Part shown: piece after piece, positions 10,491 to 20,202 of the stretch
How the letters are laid out: every line of letters starts with the position of its first letter
Numbering within the stretch: the first letter of the stretch is position 1
Source: Clostridia bacterium
GTDB lineage: Bacteria > Bacillota > Clostridia > Oscillospirales > CAG-272
NCBI GenBank assembly: GCA_017517745.1
Contig: JAFWYJ010000009.1
Coordinates: 3,467-67,466 of the forward strand
DNA: 64,000 bases
Reading direction: 5' to 3'
Program-made: the position numbers and the translations under genes
Notes under the pieces: generated by a model
Databases searched by the model: none
Seen by the model: the letters and a program-made list of their open reading frames with translations, nothing else
Told to the model about the DNA's origin: nothing

Positions 10491-10540
10491 ATACGCCTTG
10501 CCTTGCAAGGTATAGTGAGGTGTACTGTCGGGGAGGAAGA

Positions 10541-10661
10541 GCCTCCCTTGTGTAAAGGGAGGTGGCTTGCGAAGCAAGACGGAGGGATTGTAAAAGCAAA
10601 AATTTCATCGTAAAACAATCCCTCAGCCGCCTAACGGCGCCAGCTCTCCCAAAGGGAGAGC
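10541..10661. repeat. multi-hairpin palindromic repeat element, copy A
   Basis: GCCTCCCTTGTGTAAAGGGAGGTGGC...GACGGAGGGATTGTAAAAG...AAAACAATCCCTCAG...CAGCTCTCCCAAAGGGAGAGC. It shares its conserved cores with copy B at 40549-40672. Confidence 0.75.
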
Positions 10662-10744
10662 ATTTCTTGAAGTTCTTAACGAAATGACATTGCTCACGAG
10701 GGATTTTTCTTTATCTGAGGCGGCAGATTCATCAGAATCAAAGT

Positions 10745-11173
10745 TCACGCCGTATAATCCTGAATGAGTGACATCAATTCGCGCCACGAGCCAACCGTGA
10801 TGCCGACGCTCAATGCCTCGCGATCGGCGGGCGGAAGAGAATCGACCGACACCTCCAGCAAGCGCACGAGATAGCCGTCCGAAGTGAAAACGCCGATTTT
10901 TCCGTTGGCTTCCTTCAGACAAAAGGCTTCGGTGGGCGGGGGAGTCTGTGCGGACGAGTCTCCCATCGTAGGGAGCGAGTCGGAATCCGGTTGCTCCGTA
11001 TTGATATTTGCCAAACAAGCGCGTAACTCCTCGACCAACGCGTCGGTACTCTCCTTGAGAGCCGCGCTTTCGTCAACGGCGTTCCGCAGAGCGGTCAGTG
11101 AAGTGATCGAAAAGACCAGACAAACCAACAAAATCAAGGCACAGATTGCGGTCAAAATTTTTGAAGCATCCAT
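10745..11173 (-). CDS. membrane-anchored hypothetical protein (possible BofC-like C-terminal domain)
   Basis: The likely start MDASKILTAICALILLVCLVF forms a signal-anchor. The C-terminus is CLKEANGKIGVFTSDGYLVRLLEVSVDSLPPADREALSVGITVGSWRELMSLIQDY. It is divergent from the PBP1A gene. The domain call is tentative. Confidence 0.5.
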   Translation of the reverse strand: MDASKILTAICALILLVCLVFSITSLTALRNAVDESAALKESTDALVEELRACLANINTEQPDSDSLPTMGDSSAQTPPPTEAFCLKEANGKIGVFTSDGYLVRLLEVSVDSLPPADREALSVGITVGSWRELMSLIQDYTA

Positions 11174-11268
11174 AGTTTTGTTCCTCTCACATTTTTTTGC
11201 AGATTGGGTAATGATAGTTTTTCCTCGCCTTCTGTTTATATGCATGCTTGTGTGGAATAATAAGAAAA

Positions 11269-13695
11269 ATGGAGGTGGAAGCATTGAAAAAAAGGAGAAA
11301 AAAACTCCGAAGAGGTGTTTTTTGGAGAATTGCGACCTTCCTTTTTTTATTTTTTACGGTGGCTGTCATCGCGGGTGGCGTATGGCTCGCCGCATCCTTT
11401 GAACAAAAACTTCCCGATGATTTTTTTTGTCTGACGGCAAAAGGGGAGTCTCCCCGCTTTTTTGTCTATCATTTCGAGGACCGCGCCAACCGCATCGGTG
11501 AGGCGGAGGAGCTTTCCGCCGGAGGATTTGCGCAACAGGAGCGCGCTTGGGTGGCATATCCCGACCTCCCCCAGCATCTGATCGATGCATTTGTGTCGAT
11601 CGAGGACAAGCGGTTTTATCGGCACAACGGTGTGGATTGGTATCGCACGCTTGCGGCAAGCTCCAATCATCTGCTTGGCGGAGAACGGCGCTTCGGTGCC
11701 TCCACGATCACACAGCAGGTGGTCAAAAACGTCACGGGAAACAACGATGCCACCGTCAAGCGTAAGATTCAGGAAATCTTTTATGCGCTTGATCTTGAGC
11801 GGCAACTCGATAAAACACAGATTTTGGAAATCTATCTCAACGTCATTCCTTTTTCCGATAACTGTGACGGTATCGCGGCGGCTGCATCACACTATTTTTC
11901 CAAGACACCGCAGGAATTGACGGTTGCCGAATCTGCGACGATCGCCGCCATCACCAACAGCCCGACCTACTACAACCCAATCCGAAATCCCGAACACAAT
12001 CTCCAAAGACGCAATCTCATTCTTTCCGAAATGTACGCGCAGGGCGCGCTGAGTGAGAGTGCGTATCAAAGCGCGATCGCCGCGCCGTTGGGGCTGAATT
12101 TGGATCGGGAGAATGGGGAAGAGGGCATCAATTCGTGGTATATCGACATGGTGATCGAGGACGTGATCAACGATCTCGTCGCGCAGTACGGGATGACACG
12201 GGGCGCGGCATCCAATCTTGTCTATTCGGGCGGTTTGCGGATCGACGTGGCAATGGACGAAGAGATTCAATCCTTGGTCGAGGAATATTACCGCACCGCC
12301 ATCCGTCTGCCAACCAACCAAAACGGTGTCAGAGCGCAATCGGCGCTCATCGTGATGGATGCCGCCACGGGAGACATCCTCGGCGTTGCGGGCGCTGCCG
12401 GAGAGAAACGTGGCAACCGCGTGCAGAATTTCGCCACACAAACCAAGCGTCCGCCGGGTTCCGCGATCAAGCCGATCACGGTCTACGCCCCCGCGCTTGA
12501 GGCAAAACTGATCGATTGGGCGAGCGTCTACGATGACGTACCCGTCAATTTCGGAACGGGCGGAAGACTTCCGTGGCCCAAAAACGCCACCAACGTCTAC
12601 CGAGGACTCACCAACATCGCCTATGCCGTGGCACACTCCACCAATACCGTTCCCGTGCGGATTTTGGACGAGCTGGGCTTGGAGCACGCCTTTCGGAGCG
12701 CCAAAGAGCGGTTTCACCTCGAAAGTTTGGTTGATGCCGACCGCGACGTCGCCGCGCTGGCTCTCGGACAGTTGAATTTTGGTGTGACGTTGCGCGAGAT
12801 GACGGCGGCATACACCGTCTTTGCTGATGCGGGGATTTATCATCCTTGGCGATCTTATTATCGCGTGCTGGATTCCGACGGCGTCGTTTTGCTGGCGTGT
12901 CCCGATCGCGCCGACAGCGTGATGTCGACAGAAAATGCCGCGATCATGACCAAGCTTTTGCAGGGTGTGGTCGAGAGCGGAACCTCGTCTTCAATTACGC
13001 TCAACCGCATGGTCGAATGTGCGGGAAAGACGGGAACCACCAACCGCGATGGTGACCGATGGTTTGTCGGTTACACTCCCGACATGATTTGCGGCGTTTG
13101 GTGCGGTTACGAATTTCCCGAACCGCTGGAGGGGCGCAATCTTTGCACCGAGACCTGGAACCGCGTCATGAAGCGTATCGTTGAGAAAAAAGGGGGAAGA
13201 GAACACTTTGACGTTCCCTCGTCGATTGTGCGCGTCAGCTATTGCAAGGACAGCGGCAAGCTTCTCACCGATGCCTGCGAAGCCGATCCGCGCGGCAGCC
13301 GCACCGAGATCGGATGGTTTTTGGCGGATGACGTACCGAGGGATTTTTGCGACTGTCACGTGCTTTGCGACTATGACCGCGAGCACGGCGGCGTCTGTCA
13401 CGGCTACTGCCCGGAGGAATCGTGCGGGCAGGTGGGGCTGATCCGCGTCAATCGGCATTTTCCGATGCAGATCTACGTCAGCGACGCGCAATACGTCTAT
13501 GACGGAGATCCGGTTCAATACAGCCCCAACGAAAATCCCAACCAAGCTTATTATCAAAGTGCGAAAGAGGGCTGTTGCGGCATTTCGCACGCCGCCAAAC
13601 AATATAACCGCTCCTGTACGGAGCATCTGACACCTCCCCCCACAAAGGATTGGGAGTATCTCTTTCCCAAACTCCTGCCCACCGAACAGGAATAA
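11269..13695 (+). CDS. penicillin-binding protein 1A (bifunctional transglycosylase/transpeptidase)
   Basis: GT51 motifs are SIEDKRFYRHNGVD and GASTITQQ. Transpeptidase motifs are SAIKP (SxxK), HSTN and KTGTT. The start is uncertain because the RBS is weak. Confidence 0.9.
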   Translation: MEVEALKKRRKKLRRGVFWRIATFLFLFFTVAVIAGGVWLAASFEQKLPDDFFCLTAKGESPRFFVYHFEDRANRIGEAEELSAGGFAQQERAWVAYPDLPQHLIDAFVSIEDKRFYRHNGVDWYRTLAASSNHLLGGERRFGASTITQQVVKNVTGNNDATVKRKIQEIFYALDLERQLDKTQILEIYLNVIPFSDNCDGIAAAASHYFSKTPQELTVAESATIAAITNSPTYYNPIRNPEHNLQRRNLILSEMYAQGALSESAYQSAIAAPLGLNLDRENGEEGINSWYIDMVIEDVINDLVAQYGMTRGAASNLVYSGGLRIDVAMDEEIQSLVEEYYRTAIRLPTNQNGVRAQSALIVMDAATGDILGVAGAAGEKRGNRVQNFATQTKRPPGSAIKPITVYAPALEAKLIDWASVYDDVPVNFGTGGRLPWPKNATNVYRGLTNIAYAVAHSTNTVPVRILDELGLEHAFRSAKERFHLESLVDADRDVAALALGQLNFGVTLREMTAAYTVFADAGIYHPWRSYYRVLDSDGVVLLACPDRADSVMSTENAAIMTKLLQGVVESGTSSSITLNRMVECAGKTGTTNRDGDRWFVGYTPDMICGVWCGYEFPEPLEGRNLCTETWNRVMKRIVEKKGGREHFDVPSSIVRVSYCKDSGKLLTDACEADPRGSRTEIGWFLADDVPRDFCDCHVLCDYDREHGGVCHGYCPEESCGQVGLIRVNRHFPMQIYVSDAQYVYDGDPVQYSPNENPNQAYYQSAKEGCCGISHAAKQYNRSCTEHLTPPPTKDWEYLFPKLLPTEQE

Positions 13696-13743
13696 TCCGC
13701 GCCTCCGTCTCATAGAGTGAGAACAGGGAGAGGTGCGAAAAAA

Positions 13744-13769
13744 CAGCACCTCGCGGGAGGTGCTGTTTT
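13744..13769 (+). terminator. rho-independent terminator after PBP1A
   Basis: CAGCACCTC-GCGG-GAGGTGCTG followed by TTTT. Confidence 0.65.
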
Positions 13770-13791
13770 GCATAAGAGAAAATACGGGAAA

Positions 13792-14301
13792 ATGACGGTG
13801 AGCGCATGGCTGAACTCCGAAATGGAGCAGTCCAATCCCATCGTGATGGTGGTGATCGGCGTGCTTTTGACGATCGTCGCGTTGCTTGTGCGCGCGGGGG
13901 TGGGAAGTCCCTATGAAACCATTCACGCCATGGGGATCGCCGAGATCATTCCGCCGGTTTGGATCATGACGCTCTTGTGGACGCTTTCTTTTTTGATCGT
14001 GGGATGCGCCGCGGGATTTGTGCTTGCTTTTCGCACTTGCGGACGTGACACCGAAAAGTATCGCGGCGGAATGTTCTTCGTTTTGCTGGCGGTCCTGGAG
14101 ATCTGCTGGTATCCGCTTTTCTTCGGCGCACACCTTGTTTTTTTGAGCGCGCTTGCCTCGATCCTCATCCTCTGCCTGGCGCTCACGGTGACCTTTTCGT
14201 TTTACCGCGTCACAAAATTCGCGGGAATGCTGCTTTTGTTGCACGACGTTTGGCTGGTCTATATGCTCATTCTCAATTTCGCCGTCCTGTTTCGGGCGTG
14301 A
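13792..14301 (+). CDS. TspO/MBR-like membrane protein
   Basis: Five hydrophobic helices. TspO-like motifs are IPPVWIMTLLWTLSFLIVGCA and CWYPLFFGA. The start was chosen downstream of the terminator hairpin. Confidence 0.55.
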   Translation: MTVSAWLNSEMEQSNPIVMVVIGVLLTIVALLVRAGVGSPYETIHAMGIAEIIPPVWIMTLLWTLSFLIVGCAAGFVLAFRTCGRDTEKYRGGMFFVLLAVLEICWYPLFFGAHLVFLSALASILILCLALTVTFSFYRVTKFAGMLLLLHDVWLVYMLILNFAVLFRA

Positions 14302-14345
14302 AAAAAGGGCTGCCTCAAGCAATGAGGCAGCCCAACTTTTTTTGA
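14301..14345. terminator. bidirectional terminator between the TspO-like gene and nadE
   Basis: GGGCTGCCTCA-AGCAA-TGAGGCAGCCC, flanked by an A-run upstream and a T-run downstream. Confidence 0.7.
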
Positions 14346-14359
14346 TTTTTTCGGAAGGA

Positions 14360-16291
14360 TTACAGTTCGTCAATCTCCGCCAGCCAGAGGGCGGAGCAGG
14401 CGTCGGAGGGCATACACCACGCGCCGCGAGGTGAGAGCGAGACCGAGCCGACCGCGGGGCCGTCCGGCGAGCAGGAACGCTTGAATTGCTGCGCGAAGAA
14501 TCTGCGGAAGAATACGCGAAGCCATTTTTTCAGCGTTTCGTCATCGTAGACGTCGCCCAAGGCGTGCTTCGCCATGCGATAAAGCTTTGCGGGCGAGAAG
14601 CCGTAGCGCAGCGCATAGTAGAGATAGAAATCGTGAATTTCGTAAGGTCCGACCAGATCCTCGGTCTTTTGCGCGATTTCGCCGTTTTCATTGGCGGGAA
14701 GCAGCTCGGGAGAGACGGGAGTGCCGAGAACGTCACGAAGGGCGGCGGCGATCTTGTTTTTGCCATCGGCATCGTAAAGATCGGCGCAGTGGGAAACGAG
14801 GTGGCGGACAAGCGTTTTGGGGATCGAGGCATTGACGCCGTACATCGACATATGGTCGCCGTTGTAGGTTGCCCAGCCGAGCGCCAGCTCGGAGAGGTCA
14901 CCCGTACCGATCACCATACCGCCGCAATCGTTTGCGACGTCCATCAAAACCTGTGTGCGCTCACGCGCCTGTGCGTTTTCGTAGGTCACGTCACGCTGTT
15001 CGGGATCGTGTCCGATGTCACGGAAATGCAGATTGACCGCGTCGAAAATATCCACGCAGCGGAAATCCACACCAAGCTCCTCGCAAAGCACGGTGGCGTT
15101 GGTTTTGGTACGCTTGGTCGTGCCGAAGCAGGGCATGGTGACCGCGATGATATCCGTTCTCGGACGTCTGAGCGCATCCATCGCGCGGACCATCACAAGG
15201 AGTGCCAGCGTCGAATCCAATCCACCGGAGATGCCGAGGACGATCTTTTTTGCAAAGGCACGCTCAATTCTTGCCTTGAGACCCTCGGTTTGGATCGCGA
15301 GAATGCGATCGCAACGGCGGATTCGCTCGTCACGGTCAGCCGGGAGGAAGGGCGAGGGGGCAATGCTTCTTGTCAGGGTTGTTTCGGAGAGTGTAAACGA
15401 GAAACAATCCAAATGAGTTCTCATCTCGCAAGGCGTCGCGGGTGCGCGGCGGCGCTCACCAAGCACAAGATCGAGATCGATCTCACTTACCACCATGGAA
15501 TCGGCAGTGTCAAACGGCGCTTTTTCGGCAAGCAGCTTACCGTTTTCACAGATCATGGAGTGACCGCCGAACACCGTGTCGGTGGTCGACTCTCCTGTGC
15601 CGGCGTTGGCGTAAAGATATCCGCAAACCGTGCGTGCCGATTGCGAAAGAACCATCGCGCGTCGAAATTCCTCGCGTCCGACACGCTCGGCATCGGCAGC
15701 GGGAGCGCAGATCAGCGTCGCACCTTCCGCAGTGTACGCGACAGAGGGCGGGTTGGGAAGCATGCATTCGCTTCCGAATTCCACGGCAATGCGCAGAGAA
15801 TCCATATTTTCGCAGGCAAAGATCATGTGAGTGCCAAAAGAAACCTCCATATCGCCAAGGCTCAACGTGTCTCCCAAAAACAATGCATCCGGAACGGCGA
15901 AGTAACGTGCCTCGGAGGAATCCTTGGCGTTTTGCAAATGGGTTTTGGGAACGATGCCCAAAATCTCGCCCCCGCAACAGACAGCCGCGCAATTATAAAG
16001 CTTTCCGTTGTAAGCGAGCGGCAATCCCACAACAGAGAGCAACTCCAGGTCGGCGGTCTTGGAAAGATAGTGCATCAGTGCTTCCTTTGCGCCTCTGATC
16101 AGCGTTTCGGAAAAAAACAGATCGCCGCAGGTGTATCCCGTCAGGGAAAGCTCCGGGAAAACCAGCACGCGCACGCCGCGCTTGTCGGCATCCTTTGCGA
16201 TGCGGATCAGCTCATTCGCGCAAAAAGCGGGATCGGCAATGCGCACGTCGGGACTTGCGACGGCGACCTTCAAAAAACCGTGTTTCATCAT
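14360..16291 (-). CDS. nadE: glutamine-dependent NAD+ synthetase
   Basis: N-terminal CN-hydrolase domain (VLVFPELSLTGY) and C-terminal NAD synthetase domain with the PP-loop GISGGLDST. Confidence 0.9.
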   Translation of the reverse strand: MMKHGFLKVAVASPDVRIADPAFCANELIRIAKDADKRGVRVLVFPELSLTGYTCGDLFFSETLIRGAKEALMHYLSKTADLELLSVVGLPLAYNGKLYNCAAVCCGGEILGIVPKTHLQNAKDSSEARYFAVPDALFLGDTLSLGDMEVSFGTHMIFACENMDSLRIAVEFGSECMLPNPPSVAYTAEGATLICAPAADAERVGREEFRRAMVLSQSARTVCGYLYANAGTGESTTDTVFGGHSMICENGKLLAEKAPFDTADSMVVSEIDLDLVLGERRRAPATPCEMRTHLDCFSFTLSETTLTRSIAPSPFLPADRDERIRRCDRILAIQTEGLKARIERAFAKKIVLGISGGLDSTLALLVMVRAMDALRRPRTDIIAVTMPCFGTTKRTKTNATVLCEELGVDFRCVDIFDAVNLHFRDIGHDPEQRDVTYENAQARERTQVLMDVANDCGGMVIGTGDLSELALGWATYNGDHMSMYGVNASIPKTLVRHLVSHCADLYDADGKNKIAAALRDVLGTPVSPELLPANENGEIAQKTEDLVGPYEIHDFYLYYALRYGFSPAKLYRMAKHALGDVYDDETLKKWLRVFFRRFFAQQFKRSCSPDGPAVGSVSLSPRGAWCMPSDACSALWLAEIDEL

Positions 16292-16520
16292 TTCATCGTC
16301 CTTTCTTTCAAAGGAATGGTATTTTTTACTATTATACCGAATTTTTTTTGCAAATACAAGAGTTTTTTGAATTTTTTTGCTTCGCGAGCATATTTTTGCA
16401 TGGAATTTTCTTGGTAAACCCGCTGCTCTTTTGGAAAAAACAACTCACGGTTGATTGCATTCTACGGAAAAGTATGGTATAATGAATTATTAAGAAGATT
16501 ACGGAAAGGAACTGAACGTT

Positions 16521-17480
16521 ATGTCGGATAAGATCACAATTTCCTGTCAGGCACTTACACAAAAGCTTTGTGAGAACGTCGGACGGGTTCTGCTTGGAAA
16601 AGAGGAGACCGTGAAGCTCGTTGTGTGCGCAATGCTTTGCGGCGGTCACGTGCTTCTGGAAGACGTTCCCGGCACCGGAAAAACCAGCCTTGCACGCGCG
16701 CTTGCCGCTTCTCTTGAGGCATCCAACAAGCGAATCCAATTCACCCCCGACCTCCTTCCCTCGGACGTGACGGGTATTCATTTTTATCAGCAGAACGAGG
16801 GAAAATTCATTCTGCGCAAGGGTCCGATCTTTGCCAACGTCGTGCTTGCCGACGAGATCAACCGCGCCACCCCGCGCACACAGTCGGCACTTCTTGAGTG
16901 TATGGAGGAAAAGCAGGTCACCATTGACGGCGAGACGCTTCCCATGGAGAAGGTGTTTTTGGTGCTTGCGACGATGAACCCGATCGAATTTCAGGGCACG
17001 TTCCCGCTCCCTGAGGCGCAGATCGACCGTTTCTTTATGAAGCTTCACCCGGGTTATCCCACCGAGGCAGACGAGCAGCGCATCGTTGAAAACACCTGCA
17101 CGGGCAAGAGAGCCGAGACGCTTTCCTCGGTTGCGACCGTCGAGGAGGTGTTGGCGGCACGCGCCGAGATCGAAAAGGTGTATATCAGCGAACCGATCCG
17201 CAACTACATTGTCCGCTTGGTTCGCGCCACACGCGACAGCGACAAGGTCAAGCTCGGCGTCAGCCCCCGCGGTACGGTCGCCATGACGCAGGCGGCGCGC
17301 GCTTGGGCGGCAATGCACGGACGCGACTACGTGTTGCCCGATGACGTCAACGCTTTGGCAGTTCCGATTCTGTCGCACCGCATCATTTCACAGGCACAGA
17401 ACAGCATTCGTCTGACACAATCCAACGAGGCGATCATCGAGTATCTGCTCACGAAGATCCCCGCACCGTTGGAAAAATAA
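16521..17480 (+). CDS. MoxR-family AAA+ ATPase
   Basis: Walker A is PGTGKTS, Walker B/sensor region is LADEINRATPRTQSALLECMEE, and the length is about 320 aa. Confidence 0.9.
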   Translation: MSDKITISCQALTQKLCENVGRVLLGKEETVKLVVCAMLCGGHVLLEDVPGTGKTSLARALAASLEASNKRIQFTPDLLPSDVTGIHFYQQNEGKFILRKGPIFANVVLADEINRATPRTQSALLECMEEKQVTIDGETLPMEKVFLVLATMNPIEFQGTFPLPEAQIDRFFMKLHPGYPTEADEQRIVENTCTGKRAETLSSVATVEEVLAARAEIEKVYISEPIRNYIVRLVRATRDSDKVKLGVSPRGTVAMTQAARAWAAMHGRDYVLPDDVNALAVPILSHRIISQAQNSIRLTQSNEAIIEYLLTKIPAPLEK

Positions 17481-17517
17481 TATAAAAAACGAATTTTTGC
17501 GGAAGGGAGGTGCTCCG

Positions 17518-18771
17518 ATGGGAGAGGCGTTTGCCGGTTTGTTGGTGCTCGCGTTTGCGCTCGCGGTGACGATCTCGTATATGGCGGAGAGATATTACAG
17601 CCGAAAGCATCGGTTTGATGCGGTGACGTACGACGTCAAACTCAGCTGTGACGAGCTGTTTGAAGGCGAATATTTTTATCTGATCCAGACCTTGACCAAC
17701 ACGGGAGAGGTCGCGATTCCCATGCTTAAATCGGAGGTGCTTCTGCCCGAGGGATTGCAGTTCGTTTTGCCGAATACATCTTCGCTCCATTCTTTGAAGG
17801 ATGATTGTCGACAATCGGTGGAGAGCATTTTTACGATTCCCGTCGGAAGCTCGGTCACACGTCGTTGGAGAATCATCGCAAACAAGCGCGGCGTTTACAG
17901 CACCGAGGACATTTCCATGATCACCGTTGGAAACGATCTCTTCGGAACTTCTGCTTTTTCGGTTAAAATGAAGACGGCGGAGGGCGTGGGCGACCGCGTC
18001 GTAGTGCTTCCGTGCGCATCCGAGAGCATTGAGGATATTGCGCTCAACGCCGCCTATTCGGGCATTCGATCGGCTCCGCGCGGTGTGATCTCGGATCCGA
18101 TGTCGGTCTGCGGCGTACGCGCTTATCATCCCGACGATCCGATGAACCGCATTGATTGGAAGCAGACTGCACGCATGGGACGTCTGATGGTACGCGAGCA
18201 GGAATACCAGATCCGCGACAGCTTCAATCTACTCCTGAATATGCAATCGCTTCTGATCGAGAAGAATTTTCCACAGATCAGTGCGCCGTCCTATATCGAG
18301 GATGCCATCGGCATCTGCGCCTCGCTCCTCGATTCCGCAATCGCCAACGATTCTCCGATCTTCATGGTGGCAAACGCGCCGCCAACGGGGAAGGGAGATT
18401 GTCTTTTGGCGGGAGATGCGGTGGGCGAGCAGCTTTTTTGCAGTGACGAATATCGCCGTCACGACGAGGTGATGTTGGCTTACCGCATGCTCGCCTTTCT
18501 TCCCATGCAGATCTCGATTCCAATCGAGAAGGTCATGGATGACATCGTTTCGCGCCCCGAGCTCTACGCGCGCGGCGGACATCTTGTGATGGTTACGGCG
18601 TATCTCGACGAGCGGATGCTCCAATTCCATCGCATCATGCAAGAAAGAGGTTACAAGGTGATCTTTTTCGTGCTTTCCACGGGACACAATCTCATGGAGG
18701 TTCCACCCGATATGGACGTTTATTACCGTCCGTGCAGTCTTGGAAAGAGAGGGACCGTCTATGCAGTCTGA
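17518..18771 (+). CDS. DUF58 domain protein
   Basis: ATG follows GGGAGG. The DUF58 signature is VRAYHPDDPMNRIDWKQTARMGRLMVREQE. It lies immediately downstream of moxR. Confidence 0.85.
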   Translation: MGEAFAGLLVLAFALAVTISYMAERYYSRKHRFDAVTYDVKLSCDELFEGEYFYLIQTLTNTGEVAIPMLKSEVLLPEGLQFVLPNTSSLHSLKDDCRQSVESIFTIPVGSSVTRRWRIIANKRGVYSTEDISMITVGNDLFGTSAFSVKMKTAEGVGDRVVVLPCASESIEDIALNAAYSGIRSAPRGVISDPMSVCGVRAYHPDDPMNRIDWKQTARMGRLMVREQEYQIRDSFNLLLNMQSLLIEKNFPQISAPSYIEDAIGICASLLDSAIANDSPIFMVANAPPTGKGDCLLAGDAVGEQLFCSDEYRRHDEVMLAYRMLAFLPMQISIPIEKVMDDIVSRPELYARGGHLVMVTAYLDERMLQFHRIMQERGYKVIFFVLSTGHNLMEVPPDMDVYYRPCSLGKRGTVYAV

Positions 18772-20143
18772 TATGAAACGTCTCCTCTCCTTCTACAAGC
18801 TCGTCTCGGTTGTCGGTGTTTGTGCGGTCATCGCACCCGCGTTCTATTTTTTGACACTCTCGATTTTCCAAGAAAAATTGACTCTCCTTCTGACTCTTTT
18901 GCTCTTTCCCGCAACGGTGTCTGCGGGCTATCTTTGCCAATGGCTTTTGCTTGGCAAGCAGGAACGGCTGAAAAAGCAGACCGTCGTCGACTTCAATTTC
19001 GAGCAAAAGATCACGATTCCCAAAAAGCAGCGACGATTGGCGGCACTCTTGTCAATTGTGGTGGGCGCCTTGCTCGGTTGGCTCTCCTCGCTCCCGCTTT
19101 CGGGACTTGCATGGGAGGAGTTGGAAGCCCTCATGGCTGTGTATTGCGCGGCGTGCGCTTATATCGGTGTCAGACTTTGCCGAGCCAGCTTCAATCAGCT
19201 CCTCGGAATCCGTTCCATGATCGAATGCTTTGCGGCGTTTGCATTGTACGCGCTCTTGGGATCCTATCTCGTTTTTTTCGCACTCGCGCTCTACTCACTC
19301 TGTCTCCTGATTGAATTGAATCAAGAGTCGGTGTTGCAAAACGCCAGGACCTCCGACACGTGCCGCATCACCCCCGACATCCTTCGCACGGGAATTGGGT
19401 TGGTGTTTCATGCATGGGGAAGGGCTTTTCTGCTTGCACTCGGATTATTGTCGATTTACACCACGATCGGAACCTCGTTCTATTTTCTGATCGGCGTCAC
19501 GCGCTTTCGTCTCCAAATGTCAGAGGGGACGCTTTCGGATTTTGAAATCATCTTTTATGACATCCCCTCACGCCTTCCCGTGCTCAATTGCATCTTGTTT
19601 ATGCTGGGAATCGCGATCTTCATCTTTGCCATCGTTTTGTTGCTTGGCAGAAGACGGCAGGTGGGAACGGTCATGCTCTCCGCTTGGCGGTCTTGGCTGA
19701 ATACGCTGTCAGTCTTTTTGAAGAAATTGCTCTTTGGCTATCACTATCGGAAAAAGGAAAAGGCGATCCCTGCCGTACCCTTGACCGAAAATTATATCGA
19801 TACCGTCGAGAAGATCAATCGTCCCGTGCGGCGGCGCGCTCTGAATTATCCCTCTTTTTTGCGGCGTCTGCGATCGCTTGACGGTGCAGAAGCGCGCTTT
19901 GCTTACGCTTATCGCACGGTGATCGCTTTCATGGTGCAAAAGGAGATCGGCGTGGAGGCGCATCACACACCGACCGAGGCAGCGGCGATCATCGACCGCA
20001 AGACCAACTACCGAGAAATCGGTGAGCTGACCTCTCTCTTTACACAGATGACCTATGCCAAGGATCGCCAAATCGAGGGGGAAACGCTGAAGCGTGCCAC
20101 CGATGCCTGCTGTTCGATTCTGGAGCGGATCATCAGCACGTAA
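18761..20143 (+). CDS. polytopic membrane protein with a C-terminal DUF4129-like domain
   Basis: It overlaps the DUF58 stop. It has multiple TM helices. The C-terminus HHTPTEAAAIIDRKTNYREIGELTSLFTQMTYAKD is typical of DUF4129. I saw no transglutaminase Cys-His-Asp core. Confidence 0.6.
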   Translation: MQSDMKRLLSFYKLVSVVGVCAVIAPAFYFLTLSIFQEKLTLLLTLLLFPATVSAGYLCQWLLLGKQERLKKQTVVDFNFEQKITIPKKQRRLAALLSIVVGALLGWLSSLPLSGLAWEELEALMAVYCAACAYIGVRLCRASFNQLLGIRSMIECFAAFALYALLGSYLVFFALALYSLCLLIELNQESVLQNARTSDTCRITPDILRTGIGLVFHAWGRAFLLALGLLSIYTTIGTSFYFLIGVTRFRLQMSEGTLSDFEIIFYDIPSRLPVLNCILFMLGIAIFIFAIVLLLGRRRQVGTVMLSAWRSWLNTLSVFLKKLLFGYHYRKKEKAIPAVPLTENYIDTVEKINRPVRRRALNYPSFLRRLRSLDGAEARFAYAYRTVIAFMVQKEIGVEAHHTPTEAAAIIDRKTNYREIGELTSLFTQMTYAKDRQIEGETLKRATDACCSILERIIST

Positions 20144-20152
20144 AAAACAAAA

Positions 20153-20187
20153 AAGAGGTGCTGCGCTCATCATGCGTAACACCTCTT
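20153..20187. terminator. bidirectional terminator (DUF4129 gene / acyl carrier protein gene)
   Basis: AAGAGGTG...CACCTCTT outer stem between convergent genes, with an A-run on the left and a T-rich right flank. Confidence 0.55.
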
Positions 20188-20202
20188 CGTATTTATGTTC
20201 TT

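Noticed and set aside
10541-10661. Whether the palindromic repeats represent a CRISPR array
   Set aside because: There are only two copies, 30 kb apart, each a single long imperfect palindrome. There is no repeat-spacer periodicity and no cas genes are present in the window.
14486-16417. 643-aa ORF on the + strand
   Set aside because: It is an antisense shadow of nadE. It mirrors nadE almost end to end, and its sequence has no recognisable domain.
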